In this document: positions 30,707 through 39,250 of the stretch, piece by piece
Position numbering within the stretch: the stretch's first letter is position 1
Layout: the number at the start of each line of letters is the position of its first letter
Assembly: GCA_965248835.1 (NCBI GenBank)
Contig: CBDFLJ010000002.1
Location: forward strand, 2,528,001 to 2,592,000
DNA length: 64,000 nt
Source of the DNA: Alphaproteobacteria bacterium
GTDB lineage: Bacteria > Pseudomonadota > Alphaproteobacteria > MPNO01
Reading direction: 5' to 3'
Position numbers and translations under genes: made by a program
The notes under the pieces: generated by a model
What the model saw: only the letters and a program-made list of their open reading frames with translations
Database searches by the model: none
What the model was told of the DNA's origin: nothing

Positions 30707-31197
30707 AGCGTTCCGTGACGCTCAAGGTCAATGGCCGGACCCGCAGCGCCGAGGCCGAGCCGCGCATGCTGCTGTGCGATTTTCTGCGCGAGTCGCTGCG
30801 CCTGACCGGCACCCATGTCGGCTGCGAGCACGGCATCTGCGGCGCTTGCACGGTCCATGTCGACGGCAAGGCGGCGCGGTCGTGCCTGATGCTCGCCGTC
30901 CAGGCCGAAGGCGCGGAGATCACCACCATCGAGGGCCTGGCCGACGGCGAGACGCTGCACATCCTGCAGAGGCTGTTCGCCAAGCACCGGGCGCTGCAGT
31001 GCGGCTTCTGCACGCCCGGCATGCTGATGACCGCGCTCGATCTGGTGGGCCGGCGCCCGAGCATGGACGAGGCGGAGATCCGATCCGGCATGGCGGCGGT
31101 CCTGTGCCGCTGCACCGGCTACGAGGGCATCGTGCACGCGATCGCCGAATACGCCAGCACGCTACCCGGTGCGAAAAGCGGGGAGCCCGCAGGATGA
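30703..31197 (+). CDS. Molybdenum hydroxylase 2Fe-2S small subunit (CoxS-like)
   Basis: GCEHGICGACT, QCGFCTPG, CRCTGY. Confidence 0.94.
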   Translation: MKRSVTLKVNGRTRSAEAEPRMLLCDFLRESLRLTGTHVGCEHGICGACTVHVDGKAARSCLMLAVQAEGAEITTIEGLADGETLHILQRLFAKHRALQCGFCTPGMLMTALDLVGRRPSMDEAEIRSGMAAVLCRCTGYEGIVHAIAEYASTLPGAKSGEPAG

Positions 31198-33563
31198 GCC
31201 GCTCACCCGACGGATATATCGGCCGTTCGGTCCCGCGCCGCGAGGACAAGCGGCTGCTGCGCGGCGAGGGCAGCTATGTCGCCGACATAGTGCTGCCCGA
31301 CATGGTCCACGTCGCCTTCGCGCGCAGCCAGGTCGCCCATGCGGCCATCGCTTCGATCGACGTGGCGGCGGCCGGCGGGGCGGAGGGCGTCGTGCTGGCG
31401 CTGTCGGGCGCGGATCTCGCCGGCGAGCTTGCGCCGATCGGCGGGATGCAGGTCTCCGCGCCCAAGGGCTGGGCCGACCGCGTCCGCCACCGGATCACCT
31501 TGCCGCCCCAGCGCATCCTGGCCGACGACAAGGTGCGCTATGTCGGCGAAGCCTATGCGCTGGCGGTCGCCGAAGACCGTTACCTGGCTGAGGACGCGGT
31601 CGAGCTGATCGAGGCCGCGTTCGAGCCGATCCAGGTGCTGCCGGACGCTGAGGCCGCGCTGGCCGAGGGTGCGCCGGCGGTCCATCCCGAACTCGGCGGC
31701 AACGCGGTCGCCGAGCTCCACATCGAAAAGGGCGACGTGGCGGCGGCGATGGAAGCGGCGCCACATCGGATCAAGCGGCGCTTCGTCCACCACCGCTATG
31801 CGGCGATGCCGATGGAATGCCGCGGGGTGGTGGCCGAATACGAGCGCCGCACCGACACGTTGACCGTCTGGTCCTCGACCCAGGTGGTCCACTGGGTGCG
31901 CAAGGAAATCGCGCTCACCCTCGGCCTGCCCGAGGAGAAGATCCGGGTGATCGCGCCCGATGTCGGCGGCGGGTTCGGCGGCAAGGGCCACGTCTATCCC
32001 GAGGACCTGATCATCCCCTACCTCGCCCGCCGGCTCGGCCGGCCGGTCCGCTGGATCGAAGACCGCCACGAGCACATCCTCAACGCCGCCCATTCGCGCG
32101 ACAACGTCCACGACGCCGAGATCGGCTTCGACGACGAGGGCCATATCCTCGCCTTCCGCGATCGTTTCCTGATCGATTCCGGGGCCTATTCGCCGGTCGG
32201 CGCCGGGGTCGCCTACAACACGACCGCCCACATGATGGGACCCTACCGGATCGCGAACTTCGAAGCCGCGATCACCCTGGTGACCACCAACAAGACACCG
32301 AACGCGCCCTATCGCGGCGCTGGACGGCCGGAGGCGGTTCAGGTCACCGAGCGCATGGTCGACCTGATCGCCGCCCATCTGGGCATCGAGGCGGCCGAGG
32401 TCCGGTTTCGCAACATGATCCAGCCCGACCAGATGCCCTATGCGGTAGGCCTGCCCTACCGCGACGGGGCGCCGATGGTCTATGACGGCGGCGACTATCC
32501 GGCCGCGCTGGAGCGCGCGATCGCCGAGGTCGGTGGGCTGGAGGCCTTCCGGGCGCGCCAGACGGCCGCGCGCGAAGACGGCCGCTATCTCGGGCTCGGG
32601 CTGGGCTGCTACACCGAAGGCACCGGCGTGGGCCCGTTCGAAGGCGCGACCGTCAAGATCGACCCGACGGGCAAGGTGATCGTCGCCACCGGCGCCTGCC
32701 CGCAGGGCCAGGGCCACGAGACCATCTTCGCCCAGGTCACCGCCGACGCGTGGCGGGTGCCGATGGAGAACGTGGTCGTTCAGCTTGCCGATACTTCGAG
32801 CCTCACCATGGGCTACGGCACGCTGGCCAGCCGCAGCACCGTTGCCTCGTCGATGGCAATCGAGCAGGCCTCGGACAAGGTCAAGGAGCGGGTCTTCGCG
32901 GTCGCGGCCCACCTGTTGGAGACCGGCGAGGCCGACCTCGAGCTGCGCGAGGGCACCGTCGGCGTCAAGGGCGTGCCGGACATGGCGCTGAGCCTGAAGG
33001 AGATCGCCGCCGCGGCCGCGCCGGGCTGGCTGAGCCGCCGGCCGCAAGGCAGCGAGGCCGGGCTCGAGGCAACCAGCTACTACGAGCCGCCGACGGTGAC
33101 CTGGGCCTACGCCGCCAACGCGGCGATCGTCGAGATCGAGCGCGATACCGGACGCGTCAAGGTCGAGAAATACGTCGAGGTCCACGATGCCGGCGTCCTG
33201 GTGAACCCGGGCCTCGCCGACGGCCAGGTCAAGGGCGGGCTGGTCCAGGGTTTGGGCGGGGCGATGTTCGAAGCCCTGGTCTACGACGACAACGGCCAGC
33301 TCCTGACCGGCAGCCTCGCGGACTACCTGCTGCCGACCACGGCCGAAACCCCGCCGATCGTCGTCATCCACCAGGAAACCCCCAGTCCGGCCAACCCGCT
33401 GGGCGTCAAGGGTCTGGGCGAAGGCGGCGCCATCGCCCCGCCGGTGGTGATCGCCAACGCCGTCTCCGACGCGCTCAAGCCGTTCGGTGCGGAGTTCAAC
33501 ACCCTGCCGATACGCTGGGAGGATGTGCTGGACGTCCTGGACCGCGGCGGCGCCCAGGGGTAG
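31194..33563 (+). CDS. Molybdenum hydroxylase large subunit (form II CoxL-like, substrate unknown)
   Basis: DVGGGFGGK, PYRGAGRPE, GQGHET, DGQVKGG, GVKGLGEGG; ATGA overlap with small subunit. Confidence 0.9.
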   Translation: MSRSPDGYIGRSVPRREDKRLLRGEGSYVADIVLPDMVHVAFARSQVAHAAIASIDVAAAGGAEGVVLALSGADLAGELAPIGGMQVSAPKGWADRVRHRITLPPQRILADDKVRYVGEAYALAVAEDRYLAEDAVELIEAAFEPIQVLPDAEAALAEGAPAVHPELGGNAVAELHIEKGDVAAAMEAAPHRIKRRFVHHRYAAMPMECRGVVAEYERRTDTLTVWSSTQVVHWVRKEIALTLGLPEEKIRVIAPDVGGGFGGKGHVYPEDLIIPYLARRLGRPVRWIEDRHEHILNAAHSRDNVHDAEIGFDDEGHILAFRDRFLIDSGAYSPVGAGVAYNTTAHMMGPYRIANFEAAITLVTTNKTPNAPYRGAGRPEAVQVTERMVDLIAAHLGIEAAEVRFRNMIQPDQMPYAVGLPYRDGAPMVYDGGDYPAALERAIAEVGGLEAFRARQTAAREDGRYLGLGLGCYTEGTGVGPFEGATVKIDPTGKVIVATGACPQGQGHETIFAQVTADAWRVPMENVVVQLADTSSLTMGYGTLASRSTVASSMAIEQASDKVKERVFAVAAHLLETGEADLELREGTVGVKGVPDMALSLKEIAAAAAPGWLSRRPQGSEAGLEATSYYEPPTVTWAYAANAAIVEIERDTGRVKVEKYVEVHDAGVLVNPGLADGQVKGGLVQGLGGAMFEALVYDDNGQLLTGSLADYLLPTTAETPPIVVIHQETPSPANPLGVKGLGEGGAIAPPVVIANAVSDALKPFGAEFNTLPIRWEDVLDVLDRGGAQG

Positions 33564-34154
33564 TCAGCCCAGCTCGTAAGGCACCTGCCGTGGGCCGTAG
33601 CGCTGGACGCGGGTGCCGGCCTCGGCATCGTACCAGTTCTGCAAATTGGTGCCGACATTGCCGCTACGCACGATGATCCCGATGGTCTTTTCGGGTCCGT
33701 TATATTCGGCATGGACCTTGCCCGGCGGGACGAAGTCGATATAGCCCGGCTTGACGTCGTGCTCGCCCTCACGCTCCAGGGCGGCGCGGCCAGGGTCGCT
33801 GTCGTCGTCGGTCCGCCGGTAGCGGTGGACGGTCTCGCCGCCCCGCAGGACGCCGTAGAGCGTCCACACCCCGCCATGGTCGTGGATCGGCGTGCCCTCG
33901 CCCGCTTCCTTGATCAGCGCATTGATGACGAAGCCGTAATCCGGGTCCTCATAGAACAGAAGGTTCTCGTAATGGCCCCTGGCAGGATCGTTGCGCGACG
34001 GCCAAGTCCGCGAATGCGCGATCAGTGCCTCGTCCTGGAGCAGCTTGTCGAGGTGCGGGCGCACCTTCTCCCAGCGCTCCGCCACGTCGGCGACCTCCTC
34101 ATAGAGGGTCCGCATGGTGTCGATGAATTCCTGGACCGCCGGCAGCATCGCCAT
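33564..34154 (-). CDS. Cysteine dioxygenase-like cupin
   Basis: LFYEDPDYGF, TPIHDH..W..YGVL.G.E, PPGKVHAE (3-His type). Confidence 0.72.
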   Translation of the reverse strand: MAMLPAVQEFIDTMRTLYEEVADVAERWEKVRPHLDKLLQDEALIAHSRTWPSRNDPARGHYENLLFYEDPDYGFVINALIKEAGEGTPIHDHGGVWTLYGVLRGGETVHRYRRTDDDSDPGRAALEREGEHDVKPGYIDFVPPGKVHAEYNGPEKTIGIIVRSGNVGTNLQNWYDAEAGTRVQRYGPRQVPYELG

Positions 34155-34241
34155 AACCGCCTCCAATCGCCGTTGCCACCCCGCCATCCTACATCAAACG
34201 CGAATTTGCGGTAGTCTCGCCCGGCGACAAGGGAGGGTGCG

Positions 34242-35030
34242 ATGGAGATCGACGTCGACAAGACCGCCCATTACGACAGCCTCAAGGACCGGGTGGTGAT
34301 CATCACCGGCGGCGGCCAGGGGATCGGCCGCGGCTATGCCCATCACTTCGCTGCCCAGGGCGCGATTCCGGTGATCGCCGAGCTCAACGGCGAAAACGGC
34401 GCGCGGGTCCAGGCCGAGGTCGAGGAAAACGGCGGCCGGGCGCTCGCAATCCAGACCGACGTCGCGAGCCAGACCGACGTGCTGGCGCTGGCCGACAAGA
34501 CGCTGGCCGCCTTTGGGCGGATCGATTGCCTGATCAACAACGCGGCCGTCTTCTCGCGCATCACCATGGCGCCCTTCTGGGAGCTGCCGGTGGACGAGTG
34601 GAAGGCGGCGATGGACGTCAACGTCACCGGCTCGTTCCTGTGTGCGCGGGCCGTGGTGCCGGCAATGCAGGCAGCGCGCTGGGGCCGCATCGTCAACGTC
34701 ACCTCGGGCACGGTTAAGACCGGGCCGCCCAACTATCTCCACTACGTCACCTCGAAGGCGGCGATGATCGGCATGACGCGGTCGATGGCGCGCGAGCTCG
34801 GCGAATGGAACATCACCGTGAACACCTTCTGGCCCGGCGTCACCAAGACCGAGGTCGAGCGTCCCTCGGTGCCGGAGCACATGTTCGCCGAGTTCGTCAA
34901 ACAGCAGGTCGTCAAGCGCTCGACCCGTCTGGAAGACATGGCCAAGCCGATGATGTTCCTGTGCTCGGACGAGGCTTCCTACATCACCGGCCAGATCATG
35001 GAAGCCGACGGCGGGCTGAACTTTGGTTGA
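34242..35030 (+). CDS. SDR family oxidoreductase
   Basis: TGGGQGIG, NNAA, YVTSK catalytic motif. Confidence 0.92.
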   Translation: MEIDVDKTAHYDSLKDRVVIITGGGQGIGRGYAHHFAAQGAIPVIAELNGENGARVQAEVEENGGRALAIQTDVASQTDVLALADKTLAAFGRIDCLINNAAVFSRITMAPFWELPVDEWKAAMDVNVTGSFLCARAVVPAMQAARWGRIVNVTSGTVKTGPPNYLHYVTSKAAMIGMTRSMARELGEWNITVNTFWPGVTKTEVERPSVPEHMFAEFVKQQVVKRSTRLEDMAKPMMFLCSDEASYITGQIMEADGGLNFG

Positions 35031-35070
35031 GGGCGCGCCGGAAAACACCCCGACGAGCGGAGGAACGGGC

Positions 35071-36240
35071 GTGTCGGAACAGGCCGGCATGCGTTGGGTC
35101 GGGACCTGGACCTCGACGCCGGCGGCGACCGAAGGCATCGCGCTCGACGGCCAGACCGTGCGCATCATCGCCCATGTCAGCATCGGCTGCCGGGTGCTGC
35201 GGGTCCGCCTGTCGAACGCCTACGGGCTGGACAAGCTCGACATCGGCGCGGCGACCGTGGCGCTTCGCAGCGAAGGGACCGGCATCGTCCCGGGCTCTTT
35301 GCGGGCGCTCACGTTCAACGGATCGCCGTCCACCAGGATCGCCGCCGGGGCGCTGGCGGTGAGCGATCCGGTGGCGCTCGACGTCGCCCCGCTTTCCGAC
35401 CTGGCGGTCAGCATCCATCTGCCGCGCCCGCTGGGCGAGGACTTCCGGATCACCGGCCATACCACCGCGCGGCAGACCAACTATATCTCGCCTGTCGGCG
35501 ACTTCACCGGACAGGCCGCAATGCCGATCGACAAGACGGTCGAAGCCGCCCTGATCCTCAGCGGTATCGACGTGCTCGCCCCGCCCGGCACCGCCGGGAT
35601 CGTTGCCCTGGGCGATTCGCTGACCGATTGCAACATCTCCACGGTCGATGCGAACAACCGCTGGCCCGACCAGTTCGCGCGCCGACTCGTCGCACGCGGC
35701 GGAGGCGGCCCGCCGGGCGTGATGAATCAGGGCATCGGCGGCAATCGCCTGATTCACGACGCCCGCGGCGGCAGCACACAACGCCGCTTCGACCGCGACG
35801 TGCTCTCACAGACCGGGGTCACGCATGTCATCGTGTTCATCGGCATCAACGATCTGCGCAACCGCTCGCGCAAGCCCGAGGAGGAGGTCACCGCCGAGGA
35901 GATGATCGCCGGCCTCCATCAGCTTGCGCTGCGCGCACGGACCGCCGGGCTGAAGGTCTTTGGCGGCACCTTGCTGACCTTCGAGCACGAGAACTACTTG
36001 CCGCCGCCGGGGCTGCCGGGCCTGTACACGCCCGAGGGCGAGGAAAAGCGGCAGGCGATCAACAGTTGGATCCGCTCCGGCGGCGCGTTCGATGCCGTAA
36101 TCGATTTCGAAAAGGCGCTGCGCGATCCCGCGCACCCGACGCAAATGCTGCCCGAATACGACTGCGGCGATCACCTCCACCCCAGCGACGCGGGCTATTT
36201 GCACATGGGCGACATCATCGACCTGTCGCTGTTCGACTAG
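35071..36240 (+). CDS. SGNH/GDSL hydrolase
   Basis: GDSLTD, NQGIGGN, GIND, DHLHP. Confidence 0.9.
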   Translation: MSEQAGMRWVGTWTSTPAATEGIALDGQTVRIIAHVSIGCRVLRVRLSNAYGLDKLDIGAATVALRSEGTGIVPGSLRALTFNGSPSTRIAAGALAVSDPVALDVAPLSDLAVSIHLPRPLGEDFRITGHTTARQTNYISPVGDFTGQAAMPIDKTVEAALILSGIDVLAPPGTAGIVALGDSLTDCNISTVDANNRWPDQFARRLVARGGGGPPGVMNQGIGGNRLIHDARGGSTQRRFDRDVLSQTGVTHVIVFIGINDLRNRSRKPEEEVTAEEMIAGLHQLALRARTAGLKVFGGTLLTFEHENYLPPPGLPGLYTPEGEEKRQAINSWIRSGGAFDAVIDFEKALRDPAHPTQMLPEYDCGDHLHPSDAGYLHMGDIIDLSLFD

Positions 36241-36306
36241 CGCTTGTGCATTGCGGGTCCCGCCGGCCCGGGCTAGTGTTTTCACGATCACAACGGGAGC
36301 TGCGAC

Positions 36307-36738
36307 ATGCCCTATTCAACGCCCGGCCATCCCGAGTTCGAAACGCTCGACAAGCTGGTCTCGCGCTACGTCGATGCCAAGGCCATCCCCTGGGTCGAGC
36401 TGCCCTTCAAGGGTGTGGAGGGCAAGATCCTGTTGCGCGACGACCAGGGCGTGCGCACCGCGCTGGCGCGTATGGCGCCAGGCGGCGAGATCCCGCACCA
36501 CGAGCACACCGGTCTCGAACAGACATTCGTTATCGAAGGCAGCTTCGAGGACCATGACGGGGTGTGCAGCGCAGGCGAATATGTCTGGCGTCTAACCGGC
36601 AACCGCCACGTCGCGCGCTCCAAGAACGGCTGCCTGATGCTGGTGTGCTTCGAATCGCCCAACATCTACCTGTCGGGCGATATGGAGGGCATGACCATGG
36701 AAGCCTACATGGAGCAGAAGGCCGCGGCGCCGGCATAG
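36307..36738 (+). CDS. ChrR-like cupin domain protein
   Basis: MAPGGEIPHHEHTGLEQTFVIEGS, GNRH. Confidence 0.8.
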   Translation: MPYSTPGHPEFETLDKLVSRYVDAKAIPWVELPFKGVEGKILLRDDQGVRTALARMAPGGEIPHHEHTGLEQTFVIEGSFEDHDGVCSAGEYVWRLTGNRHVARSKNGCLMLVCFESPNIYLSGDMEGMTMEAYMEQKAAAPA

Positions 36739-36762
36739 GACGCGGAGCAGGCTGGATTTCGA

Positions 36763-37959
36763 TCAGCGTCTGAAAGCCTGCTGACGGGCGAAAAATTTGT
36801 CGATCGCTGCGATGACGGCCTCGGCGATGCGGGCCCGTTCCGCCGGGCTGGTCAGCCGCCTCTCGTCGGACCGGTTGGACAGATGGCCGAGTTCGACCAG
36901 AACCGATGGGACATCGGGCGCCTTGAGGACCGCGAACCCGGCGAAGCGATGGGTGTTGCGCAGCAGCAACCGCACCTTGCCGAGCGCGCGGGTCAGCGAT
37001 TTGGCGAACACCGCGGATTCGTTCATGGTCTCGCGCTGCGCCAGATCGATCAGGATCGACGCGACGTCCGAGCTCTGGCGGGTCAGGTTGATGCCGGCGA
37101 TCACGTCGGCCTTGTTTTCCTTGGCCGCGAGTGCGGCGGCCTTGGCGTCAGAGGCCCGTTCGGAGAGCGTGTAGACCGAGGCGCCGCGGATGCGCCGGTT
37201 CCTGTTCGAATCGGCATGGAGCGAGATGAACAGATCCGCATCCGCGGCGCGCGCGATCGCCACCCGCTTATGCAGTCGCACGAAGCGATCGCGCGCGCGC
37301 GTCAGCACCACGCGGTAGCGCCCGGTGGCGCGCAGCCGCTTGGCGAGGACCAGCGCGTGGCCGAGCGTGACACGCTTCTCGCGCGTGCCGCTGACCCCGA
37401 TCGCGCCGGGATCGACACCGCCATGGCCGGGATCGATCGCGATGACCGGCCGGGGCTTGGCCTTCGGGCGCGGCCTGGGCGGCGTCCGGATCCGCGCGGC
37501 CGCACCGGTCTCGGCCGGAGGCGCGGACCGACGCGCCCGGCCGGCGAACTCGGCGCTGCCGATCGTCCGTATATCGATCACCAGCCGGTGACCCTGGCCG
37601 CCCAAGGGCGGCAGGATGAAGGATTTCGCAACCTCCACCGGCCCGGCGACGTCCAGCACGACCCGCGAGACGCCGTCGCGGAAATGGCCGTATCGGAAGG
37701 CCTGGATCAGCCCGCCGGTCGGGATCTTAAGCAGGCCGAGCTTCCAGCCGACTTGCGGCAGGTCGATGACCACGCGGTAGGGATCGCCGAGCGTGAAGAC
37801 CTTGAACCCGACCGAGGCCGACAGGTCGAGGACGAAGCGGGTCTTGTCGAGACCCTGTCCGATCCGCACGCCGGTGACGTCGGGAGCCCCGGCAGCCGGT
37901 CCCGCGAGCCCGATCGCCACAAGGGCAGCCACCCGAATCGTCCGGCATCTTCGCCACAT
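36763..37959 (-). CDS. amiC: N-acetylmuramoyl-L-alanine amidase with AMIN domain
   Basis: PYRVVIDLP, IDPGHGGVDPGA, FISLHAD, FAVLKAPDVPSVLVELG. Confidence 0.93.
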   Translation of the reverse strand: MWRRCRTIRVAALVAIGLAGPAAGAPDVTGVRIGQGLDKTRFVLDLSASVGFKVFTLGDPYRVVIDLPQVGWKLGLLKIPTGGLIQAFRYGHFRDGVSRVVLDVAGPVEVAKSFILPPLGGQGHRLVIDIRTIGSAEFAGRARRSAPPAETGAAARIRTPPRPRPKAKPRPVIAIDPGHGGVDPGAIGVSGTREKRVTLGHALVLAKRLRATGRYRVVLTRARDRFVRLHKRVAIARAADADLFISLHADSNRNRRIRGASVYTLSERASDAKAAALAAKENKADVIAGINLTRQSSDVASILIDLAQRETMNESAVFAKSLTRALGKVRLLLRNTHRFAGFAVLKAPDVPSVLVELGHLSNRSDERRLTSPAERARIAEAVIAAIDKFFARQQAFRR

Positions 37960-37987
37960 CTTGGAGGTTCCCGAACACCAACCACTA

Positions 37988-38017
37988 TATATACTCGAAT
38001 TGAGCGAAAATATTCAA
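37988..38017 (-). promoter_or_regulatory. Putative sigma70 promoter of amiC
   Basis: TTGAAT-N18-TATATA on minus strand in an AT-rich intergenic gap. Confidence 0.45.
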
Positions 38018-38039
38018 CGTCTCGGCGGGCGCATGGCGC

Positions 38040-38561
38040 CTATTCCAGGATCCGGTAATTGCCGCGATAGCGCGCCATGAGGTCGATGTAGTCCTGGGCG
38101 CCGCGGGCGATCCAATCCGCAGCGGTCCCTTCGAGCGGCTTGCGGACGCTGGCCGGGGTTCCGGCGGCGAGGCTGCGGGCCGGCACCTCGCAGCCTTCGC
38201 GGACGACGCTGCCGGCGCCGATGATCGATTCCGGCCCGATGCGCGCACCGTCAAGGACGACCGCGCCCATGCCGATCAGGCTCGACCGGCCGATCCAGCA
38301 ATCGTGCAGGATCGCGCCGTGGCCGACGGTCACCCGGTCCTCGAGCACGGTGCCGTGCTCGGACTCGGCGTGGATGACCACATTGTCCTGGATGTTGGAG
38401 TCCGCGCCGACCCGAATCGGCCCCAGATCGCCCCGCAGAACCGCGCCGAACCAGACGCTGACGCCGTCCTCGATCACTACGTCGCCGAGGATCACCGCGG
38501 TCGGGGCGATGAAAACATTCCCGCCGATTTTGGGCGCAGTACCCTCGAAGGCGATCAGCAT
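38040..38561 (-). CDS. Gamma carbonic anhydrase family / PaaY-CaiE-like hexapeptide-repeat protein
   Basis: VWFGAVLRGD, NIQDNVVIH, VTVGHGAILH, IGMGA. Confidence 0.9.
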   Translation of the reverse strand: MLIAFEGTAPKIGGNVFIAPTAVILGDVVIEDGVSVWFGAVLRGDLGPIRVGADSNIQDNVVIHAESEHGTVLEDRVTVGHGAILHDCWIGRSSLIGMGAVVLDGARIGPESIIGAGSVVREGCEVPARSLAAGTPASVRKPLEGTAADWIARGAQDYIDLMARYRGNYRILE

Positions 38562-38574
38562 GCGGGCCGCGCGG

Positions 38575-38829
38575 TCAGTCGCGCAGGTCGTTGAGCGCGA
38601 GGATGGCGTATTCCTCGATATTGCCCATCGCATTGCCCCGCACGACTTCGGCCAGCTCCTGGTGGTCGTCGACGTCGACCAGGCTCGCGTAGCCCTTGAG
38701 CCCGGCGATCGGGAAGACCTTTGCGCGATTGCTCGCCCCGAGTTCGACGAAATGATTGACGCAGGCACCGACCGGCGCGTCCTTGGTGCGGTGCGGCGGG
38801 GGCCGGTTGATGATCAGGAACTTCGCCAT
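38575..38829 (-). CDS. Small muconolactone-isomerase/DUF3303-like protein (paralog 2)
   Basis: MAKFLIINRP..VDVDDHQEL..N.MG..EY.I.AL; aligns by eye with upstream paralog; SD GAGG. Confidence 0.65.
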   Translation of the reverse strand: MAKFLIINRPPPHRTKDAPVGACVNHFVELGASNRAKVFPIAGLKGYASLVDVDDHQELAEVVRGNAMGNIEEYAILALNDLRD

Positions 38830-38855
38830 GTCGATGTCCTCGTGCCGTGCCGTGC

Positions 38856-39158
38856 TCAGGTGATGATCCCCGCCTCGCGCATCGCAGCCGTCTCGCCTTC
38901 CAGCGTCCCCAGCGGGTAGACTTGGTATTCGCCCCAGCTTCCCAGCGGGTTGCGAAACAGGATGGCCATCAACTCATCGTGGTCCTCGACGTCGAGGAAC
39001 ACCGCGAACCCTGCGCCATTGTCCTCGACGATCTCATAGACCTCCGCCTTGCCCTCATCGCGCAGCGCCCGCCATTGGGCGCGCGCGCCCTCGACATTGG
39101 CCTTGGCCGGGATCGGTTTCTTGGGCCGGGCCAGGACCAGAAATTTCGACATCGCCAT
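38856..39158 (-). CDS. Small muconolactone-isomerase/DUF3303-like protein (paralog 1)
   Basis: MSKFLVLARP..LDVEDHDELMAILFRNPL..YQVYPL resembles the CatC-type C-terminal motif DVxxxxELxxxLxxxPL. Confidence 0.68.
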   Translation of the reverse strand: MAMSKFLVLARPKKPIPAKANVEGARAQWRALRDEGKAEVYEIVEDNGAGFAVFLDVEDHDELMAILFRNPLGSWGEYQVYPLGTLEGETAAMREAGIIT

Positions 39159-39179
39159 CCCTCGGACCCCGCCGTTGGC

Positions 39180-39250
39180 TAGAGCCTGTTCCGAACAAGC
39201 CGGGCGGCAGGCCGGGCCGGGCCGGCTTGATCAGATCGGAACATGCGTCA
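39180..39250. repeat. Full palindromic intergenic element
   Basis: Arms TGTTCCGA-A-CAAGCCGG and CCGGCTTG-ATCAGA-TCGGAACA; right end includes the triple-RidA stop codon. Confidence 0.7.

Noticed and set aside
29828-33563. Aerobic CO dehydrogenase (coxMSL form I)
   Set aside because: Active-site loop is YRGAGR, not the Cu-binding AYxCSFR; no coxDEFG accessory genes
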